Shown: piece after piece, positions 23,594 to 28,426 of the stretch
Layout: every line of letters begins with the position of its first letter
Numbering within the stretch: position 1 is the stretch's first letter
Origin: Myxococcota bacterium
Lineage (GTDB): Bacteria > Myxococcota > JACRCW01
DNA length: 28,426 nucleotides
Assembly: GCA_040752415.1 (NCBI GenBank)
Contig: JBFMGU010000137.1
Location: forward strand, 1-28,426
Direction of reading: 5' to 3'
Program-made: the position numbers and the translations under genes
The notes under the pieces: model-generated
Databases searched by the model: none
The model's input: only the letters and a program-made list of their open reading frames with translations
What the model was told of the DNA's origin: nothing

Positions 23594-25636
23594 GTGAAGC
23601 GGCGTGCGGCCGTGGTGACAGGCAGGCCCGGGCGGGGGCGCTCCCGGCTCCGGACGTGGGCCTTGCCGCTGGCGCTCCTGGCACTGGCCGCGCCGGCGCG
23701 CGCGCAGGACGAGGAGGAGCTGGCGTTCGAGGAGTTCGAGGAGATGTCCCTCGAGGAGCTGCTGGCCATGCCCGTGGCGGTGGCTGGATCCCGGGCGGCG
23801 TCGCTGCGGGAGTCTCCCGGTGTGGTCACCATGATCACGCGTGAGGAGATCCTGCGCTCCGGCGCGCGGGACCTCATCGACGTGTTGCGCCTGGTCCCCG
23901 GCTTTGCCTTCGGTGTCGACGTGGAGAACGCGGTGAGCCTGGGCTTCCGCGGCAACTGGGGCCACGAGGGCAAGATCCTGCTGCTGGTGGATGGCCAGGA
24001 GTTCAACGAGGACCTCTACTCCACGCTCCAGCTCGGCAATCACTTCCCCGTCGACGTCATCCACACCGTGGAGATCATCCGCGGGCCCGGCTCCACCATC
24101 TACGGTGGCTACGCCGAGCTGGCGGTCATCAGCATCACCACCGTCGGCGCGGCCCAGCTCCGGGGCGCCTACGGGGCGTTGAGCTACGGCCAGGCGCGCG
24201 GGGACTTCGGTCGGCGCAACCTCAGCGGGGCGTGGGCGCGGCGCCTGCCCACCCTGGGCAACCTGGAGCTGAGCATCAACGGCCTGGTGGGCCAGGGCAA
24301 CCGCGGCGTGGGCGACTTCACCGACCTCTACGGCACCACCTACCCCATGAAGGGCAACGCGCGCACCGACCCGCTCTTCGTCAACGCCGCGCTGCAGTTC
24401 CGGCAGCTCACGTTGCGCCTGCTGGTGGACAACTACCGCACCACCTCGCGCGACGGCTTCGACGCCGCCCTGGACCGGCCGGTGCGGGTGGATTTCCTGA
24501 GCGTCCACCTCGACGCGCGCGGCACGTTCCATCCCTTTGCGGGGATGACCGTCATGCCGCGTCTCAACTACCGGCGCCAGCTCCCCTGGCGGGACACCGA
24601 CGCGCGCTCACCCCTGCACTACAACAAGCTGGCGGAGCGCTACACTGCGCGCCTGGCCACCGCCTACGAGTTCACCCCGCAGCTCAGCGTGATGGCCGGG
24701 ACCGAGGGCTATGCGCTGCGGGGCAGCCTGCTGGACACGCTGCTGACCGGCACGCAGACGCTCTTTGGTGAGGGCACGCAGGTGACCTACTACAACCTCG
24801 CGGTGTTCTCGGAGATCACCTTCTCCAGCGTCCTGGGCAACCTGGTGGCGGGCGGGCGCGTGGAGCGGCACACCGCCGCGGGCGTGGCCGTGGTTCCGCG
24901 CGTGACACTCTCCAAGGTGATCGACGACTTCCACTTCAAGCTGCTCTACGGCCGTGCCTTCCGGGCGCCTGGCCTGGAGAACCTCAATCTCGGGTTCGAC
25001 GTGCGGCCGGAGCGCACCACCACGCTGGAGGCGGAAATCGGCTACCAGGTGGACCGCGGCCTCTTCGTCACCGCCAACGTCTTTGACACCACCATCCGGG
25101 ACACCATTGTCTTCTTCTACGAGGAGGGCGCGGAGGGCTACGCCAACCTGGGGCGCGCCGGCACCCGGGGCCTCGAGGCCAGCCTGCGCGCCAGCTACGC
25201 GTGGGGCCGGGTGGATCTGAGCTACTCCTCCTACACCGCGCGGGGCCGCAATGAAGTGGCCAGCTACCAGGTTCCGGACCGTCCGGAGCTGCTGCTGGGA
25301 ATGCCGGCCCACAAGGTGACCGCCAACGCCGAGCTGCGCCTGACGCGCGACCTGAGCGTGGCCCCTTCCGCCATCTTCCTGAGCGAGCGCTTCACCTACT
25401 CGGGCATCGACGCGGAGGAGAACATGGTGCTTGCCCGGCTGCCCCCGGTGTTCCTTCTGAACCTGTACTTCTCCTGGCGCAACGCCGGAATGCGGGGTTT
25501 GGACGTCGGCGCGGGCATCTACAACATCCTGGACTCCCACGACCCCTATCCGCAGCCCTACGACGGCGGCCACGCGCCCTACCCCTCGCTGGGGCGGGAG
25601 CTCGTCGCGCGCATCTCCTACGCGTTCGACACGTGA
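23594..25636 (+). CDS. TonB-dependent receptor
   Basis: Signal peptide and SLEELL N-terminus. Plug motifs ITREEI, DVLRLVPG, LLLVDG, VEIIRGPGSTIYG. Barrel motifs YGRAFRAP, PE, IYNILD. C-terminal ISYAF. Confidence 0.93.
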   Translation: MKRRAAVVTGRPGRGRSRLRTWALPLALLALAAPARAQDEEELAFEEFEEMSLEELLAMPVAVAGSRAASLRESPGVVTMITREEILRSGARDLIDVLRLVPGFAFGVDVENAVSLGFRGNWGHEGKILLLVDGQEFNEDLYSTLQLGNHFPVDVIHTVEIIRGPGSTIYGGYAELAVISITTVGAAQLRGAYGALSYGQARGDFGRRNLSGAWARRLPTLGNLELSINGLVGQGNRGVGDFTDLYGTTYPMKGNARTDPLFVNAALQFRQLTLRLLVDNYRTTSRDGFDAALDRPVRVDFLSVHLDARGTFHPFAGMTVMPRLNYRRQLPWRDTDARSPLHYNKLAERYTARLATAYEFTPQLSVMAGTEGYALRGSLLDTLLTGTQTLFGEGTQVTYYNLAVFSEITFSSVLGNLVAGGRVERHTAAGVAVVPRVTLSKVIDDFHFKLLYGRAFRAPGLENLNLGFDVRPERTTTLEAEIGYQVDRGLFVTANVFDTTIRDTIVFFYEEGAEGYANLGRAGTRGLEASLRASYAWGRVDLSYSSYTARGRNEVASYQVPDRPELLLGMPAHKVTANAELRLTRDLSVAPSAIFLSERFTYSGIDAEENMVLARLPPVFLLNLYFSWRNAGMRGLDVGAGIYNILDSHDPYPQPYDGGHAPYPSLGRELVARISYAFDT

Positions 25637-25678
25637 AGTCCCTTCCAGAACCGAAATCTCCTGGCCGTTAGCCGTCAC

Positions 25679-27493
25679 TTAGTTGTCCAGCACCACCTCC
25701 ACCGCGCCGCTCGACGACGGGAGCTTCACCCACACGTCATTGCCCGCCACGTTCCACCCGCTGGCCAGCGCATCCAGCGCGCTCTTGTCCGCCACCTGCG
25801 TGAGCGCCGTCCCGCCCGCCGTCACCGACGAGGGCGCGCTCGCGCGGATCCGCAGGTACACCGGCTTCACCGCGCGCGAGAGCGTGACGCGCACCGGGCT
25901 CCCGCCCAGCGCGTTCAGCACCGTGGTGGCGCCGTCCTCGTCGTGCAGCGTGAACGTCGACGACGCGGCAGCGGGGTGCACCAGCACCGTGAGGTGGCCG
26001 GCGTGGCTCGCGTTGCCCAGGCCGGTGACGTCGGAGGAGATGTCCATGGGCACGATGGCGCCGGCGCGGATGAACAGCGGGAGACGCGCGCGGTCGGTGG
26101 CGTCGTAGTCGGCCACGGTGGTTCCGCCGGGATGGCTCTCCCCGGTCCACCAGTCCACCCACTCCGCTCCGTCGGGGAGGGCCACGTCGCGCCGGCCGGT
26201 GGCATCCAGGATGGGAGCCACCAGGAACGCGTCCCCGAGCTGGAAGCGATAGTCCCCGGCCCACTGCGCCAGATCGCCGACGGGACGCAGCAGGTTCGGG
26301 CCGCCCGCGTAGGCCTCCTCGGCCAGGCTGTAGAAGAACGGAACCAGCTCGTGGTGCAGCACGGACCAGTAGCGGTACAGCGTCACCGTCTCCTCCACGC
26401 GCTCCGGCACCGTCCACGGCGTGATGTTGGCGCGGCCGTGCAGCTGCATGAACGGCGTCAGCGCGCCCACCGCGGTCCAGCGCGCGAACACCTCCTGGCT
26501 GAAGGGGATGCGGTCGCCGGCCACGTTGCTGTCGTCGACGTCCAGGTACCCGCCGATGTCGCTGCCCACCACCACGTAGCCCGCCGCCGCGGAGCGGAAG
26601 ATGTGGTCCAGCGCGTCCTCCAGCCCCACGTAGTCACGACGGTTGTCACCCACCCACGCCACCGGCGCGTGCTCCGGCCGGGCATAGAAGCGACCGGGGA
26701 ACTGGTAGCTCTTGTCATACGGCCGCACCATGGTGACGAACTCCTCCACGCCACGACGGAACACGCCGTACTCCAGGTAGTCCCGGTAGTACGCCTCGGA
26801 ATACTCCTGGTGCGTCACCTCTCCCTGCGCGGTGCGGATCGTCGACGTGGTGATGTAGTCCTCGCCGAAGTCCAGCTTCCAGCCCGCCAGGCCCATCTCG
26901 AGCAGCGGGTCCTGCTGCTGGTGCCACCACGCGCGCGCTCGCGGGTTGAAGAAGTCCACGCCCGCCCCGCGACCCTTCCACCACAGGTACGTCTCCGCGT
27001 CGTTGACGAAGAAGTGGCACTCCCAACCCTGCTGGAAGTTCTCCGCTTCGGTCTCGTACACGTCGCCACCGGGCTCCAGGTCATAGGACTCCTCGTTCAC
27101 CATCTGCGTGACCCACAACACGGTGCGGACGCCTTGCGCGCGCAGGTCGGCCACCATCTGCCCGAAGTTGGGGTAGCGGTCCGGGTTGGGAATGAACGTG
27201 TTGTAGTTGGTCTCCCACGGGCTATCGAGCACGACGACGCCGACGGGAATGTTGCGGTCCTTGAAGCCCTGCACGAAGGCGTAGGTGTCCGGTCCGTCGG
27301 AGATGTCCTTGGAGATCCACGGCTCGAAGGCCCAGCGCGGCGTGTGCCGGGGCGCGGCGGGGATGGGGGGCTCGGTGAAGGCGCAGGGGTCGGTCGTGGT
27401 GGGACCGGCGTCGGAGGAGCCGGGCTCCGGTTGCGGACACGCTGAGAGTGTTGTGACCAGCACCAGCATCCCCGCCCAGGAACCTGTGCGCAT
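25679..27493 (-). CDS. Glycoside hydrolase family 31 lipoprotein
   Basis: Lipobox LSAC after ATG 27493 (GGAG RBS). PRWAF, LDSPW, VDFFNP, nucleophile WKLDFGE, acid/base WVGDN, GSDIGG, PFMQLHG, LVAP, LPLFIRAGAIVP. Confidence 0.92.
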   Translation of the reverse strand: MRTGSWAGMLVLVTTLSACPQPEPGSSDAGPTTTDPCAFTEPPIPAAPRHTPRWAFEPWISKDISDGPDTYAFVQGFKDRNIPVGVVVLDSPWETNYNTFIPNPDRYPNFGQMVADLRAQGVRTVLWVTQMVNEESYDLEPGGDVYETEAENFQQGWECHFFVNDAETYLWWKGRGAGVDFFNPRARAWWHQQQDPLLEMGLAGWKLDFGEDYITTSTIRTAQGEVTHQEYSEAYYRDYLEYGVFRRGVEEFVTMVRPYDKSYQFPGRFYARPEHAPVAWVGDNRRDYVGLEDALDHIFRSAAAGYVVVGSDIGGYLDVDDSNVAGDRIPFSQEVFARWTAVGALTPFMQLHGRANITPWTVPERVEETVTLYRYWSVLHHELVPFFYSLAEEAYAGGPNLLRPVGDLAQWAGDYRFQLGDAFLVAPILDATGRRDVALPDGAEWVDWWTGESHPGGTTVADYDATDRARLPLFIRAGAIVPMDISSDVTGLGNASHAGHLTVLVHPAAASSTFTLHDEDGATTVLNALGGSPVRVTLSRAVKPVYLRIRASAPSSVTAGGTALTQVADKSALDALASGWNVAGNDVWVKLPSSSGAVEVVLDN

Positions 27494-27659
27494 GAGATTC
27501 TCCACGTCGTCGACCATGGGCGTGCTCAGTAGCCCACGCCCGGGAACGGCGTCCACGCAAGGTGTGCGCCCTGCGGGCTGCTCCTCATCACGGCGAGCCG
27601 ATCCCCGGTCTCCCGTCGTCGCGGTGAGGCACCACGCTTCACCGGAGCGGCACGGTTTC

Positions 27660-27689
27660 TTGACGCGGCCGCGTCGGCACGGCTAGCAT
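27660..27689 (+). promoter_or_regulatory. Putative sigma70-type promoter TTGACG-N18-TAGCAT
   Basis: Near-consensus -35/-10 boxes ~30 nt upstream of a strong RBS. Confidence 0.45.
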
Positions 27690-27721
27690 GCCCACACATC
27701 CTGTTGAGGGGAGGTGACATC

Positions 27722-28426
27722 TTGAAGAGTCTGCTGGCGTTGATGACCGCATTTGCGTTGTCTGTAGCTCCAACCGCCGCCTACGCGGGCGACCCAGGCG
27801 CTCAGAAGCCGTCGGAGGCCAAGCCCGCAGGTTCGGCCGCGGATGCTCCCATGACGGAGGAGCAGAAGGCCGCGATCAAGAAGGCAACCGAGGACGCGTT
27901 TGCCGCGGATGATCGGTCATTCCTGCAGCGCCACTACCTTGGATTCAAACCCCCCTTCGACGAGCTCCACCCGGACCTGGAGAAGCAGAAGATCGTCCTC
28001 CTGGCGTTCACCACGCTGGGACAGTCGTTCATGTTTGCGAACTGGTGGGGGCCGTTGGTGCTCATCAAGCCGCCCATGAAGGTCGACTGGGGCACGGTCA
28101 TCATGCACGTCATCAAGAACCTGCTGCTGGAGTTTGGACTGCTGATTCCGGTCCTCCTCCTCTGGTTCGTGATCGGGATTTTCCCCTTCCCCTATTTCGG
28201 CTGGTACATCGGGTACTTCATCTTCCTGGGATACTGCATCTACAAGTTCTACTGGATGGGCGGCCTGAGCGTGCTGCGGTTCTGGAACAACCTGTACAAG
28301 ATCGAGATGGAGCGCGGGATCATCAAGCCGGAAGGAGGAGCCGCGCCCGCCGCCACCACCAACGACGCTGCCGCGGCAGAGGCCGCCAAGAAGGCCGAGG
28401 AGGAAGCCAAGGCCGCGGAAGAGGCC
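27722..28426 (+). CDS. Hypothetical membrane protein with signal peptide, partial (runs off the window edge)
   Basis: Not in the ORF track. GGAGGTGA RBS and TTG start. MKSLLALMTAFALSVAPTAAYAG..., open for 235 codons, with aromatic-rich TM segments and an Ala/Glu/Lys-rich tail. Confidence 0.8.
   Translation, partial: MKSLLALMTAFALSVAPTAAYAGDPGAQKPSEAKPAGSAADAPMTEEQKAAIKKATEDAFAADDRSFLQRHYLGFKPPFDELHPDLEKQKIVLLAFTTLGQSFMFANWWGPLVLIKPPMKVDWGTVIMHVIKNLLLEFGLLIPVLLLWFVIGIFPFPYFGWYIGYFIFLGYCIYKFYWMGGLSVLRFWNNLYKIEMERGIIKPEGGAAPAATTNDAAAAEAAKKAEEEAKAAEEA

Noticed and set aside
23594..27493. TonB receptor plus GH31 as a polysaccharide utilisation locus
   Set aside because: The genes are convergent, there is no SusD-like protein, sugar transporter or dedicated regulator, and the receptor is short and not SusC-like.
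27648..27665. sigma54 promoter CGGCACGGTTTCTTGA
   Set aside because: The -24/-12 spacing is off by one base, which sigma54 does not tolerate. A sigma70-like reading fits better.

Overview
A very GC-rich (roughly 70% by eye) chromosomal window. Gene content points to a Myxococcota-like Gram-negative bacterium (inference from Cys-rich repeat lipoproteins, PEGA, FG-GAP and sigma54-type promoters). About 22 protein genes are supported: a partial DUF2293-like gene, a stand-alone cereblon-type CULT protein, a secreted protein, UPF0158, a 7TM-DISM histidine kinase / secreted TPR protein / atypical REC-AAA+ regulator trio, a His-motif secreted hypothetical protein, a Tat-lipoprotein DsbA/FrnE, a lytic transglycosylase, a 1169-aa Cys-repeat lipoprotein, an FG-GAP lipoprotein, a UbiA prenyltransferase divergent from a CruF-like membrane protein and a lipase, a frameshifted hypothetical gene, a degenerate DUF47/PhoU-like gene coupled to a 34-aa membrane peptide, PEGA plus TonB-dependent receptor, a GH31 lipoprotein and a partial membrane protein. 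No rRNA, tRNA, CRISPR, transposase, integrase or phage genes were seen. The least explained structure is non-coding. There are four intergenic inverted repeats; three are built from REP-like palindromes, and two of those share a GGA(G/C)TGCG...CCGC(T/C)(T/C)T unit. An ~85-bp element also occurs twice, once 'empty' (4921-5005) and once carrying a 136-bp REP-doublet insert (21161-21386). Other highlights are an enhancer-binding protein lacking GAFTGA and a recurring leaderless-transcript signature. All family calls come from motif recognition by eye, not database searches. No novel system is proven here.
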